Below the pieces are notes generated by a model. The model was not told where the DNA came from. It searched no databases and worked only from the letters and a program-made list of their open reading frames with translations. 33,048 nucleotides of DNA. Source: a virus. Lineage: Duplodnaviria > Caudoviricetes. Where the stretch lies: positions 1-33,048 of the IMG/VR virus record IMGVR_UViG_3300044670_000088; one strand, given 5' to 3'. Positions 32,960 through 33,048 of this stretch are shown here, in pieces. The translations under genes and the position numbers were made by a program. Every line of letters begins with the position of its first letter. The stretch's first letter is position 1.

Positions 32960-33048
32960 TGCTCTGTCTCCCCATCACGGAACACCATTACACCAGCACG
33001 CTCCAACATCCGCTCGTACAAGTCAATCAACAGCACCTGAGCATGTAC
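32956..33048 (-). CDS. 3' end of a gene truncated by the window edge (..VHAQVLLIDLYERMLERAGVMVFRDGETEH)
   Basis: Open 30-codon frame whose TGA overlaps the terL TTG. Confidence 0.55.
   Translation of the reverse strand, partial: VHAQVLLIDLYERMLERAGVMVFRDGETEH

Larger units (their letters stand above)
1..33048. mobile_element. Near-complete podovirus-type phage genome (HTVC010P/BPP-1-like virion module), opened between terS and terL
   Basis: Complete terminase-portal-scaffold-capsid-tail tubular-internal protein-fibre-lysis gene set with no host housekeeping genes. terS (left end) and terL (right end) are co-oriented on the minus strand. Confidence 0.95.

Noticed and set aside
32956-33048. 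Direct circular join of the right end to base 1 (frame happens to stay open as MLNVHAQ..)
   Set aside because: No terminal repeat or overlap supports the join, the start would lie inside dif with no SD, and some sequence is probably missing.
1-33048. tRNA, rRNA, integrase, RNA/DNA polymerase or auxiliary metabolic genes
   Set aside because: No supporting motifs were seen in any ORF or intergenic gap.

Overview
The window is a near-complete (about 33 kb) genome of a short-tailed dsDNA phage with an HTVC010P/BPP-1-like virion module. The host is probably an alphaproteobacterium (inference from DUF6362, the GTA-type holin and apparent GANTC scarcity). A long minus-strand late operon runs terL, portal, scaffold, capsid, cement, tail tubular A/B, four internal/ejection proteins, tail fibre, holin/amidase and many tiny basic proteins. 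Its first genes (terS and one small gene) sit at the left end, so the sequence is opened between terS and terL. A divergent early region (1443-6338) carries one Cro-like HTH, a PD-(D/E)XK nuclease, an annealing protein, an SSB-like protein, a Holliday junction resolvase and a DUF6362 regulator. No integrase, CI-type repressor, DNA polymerase, primase or helicase is recognisable. Main observations: (1) bases 1-28 are a canonical XerC/XerD dif site, next to an IHF site and an NrdR-like box and inside the late operon, suggesting an integrase-less tailed phage that uses host Xer; (2) a 74-aa gene with its own Shine-Dalgarno (SD) is overprinted in the linker between two enzyme-like domains of a polyvalent virion protein; (3) five unrelated small late proteins end in the same [KR][KR]S[LM][LM][SNG] motif; (4) a short terminated leader RNA with an anti-SD loop precedes terS; (5) a structured RNA with two mirror-image internal loops precedes the capsid gene. 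All family calls come from motif recognition by eye, not database searches.
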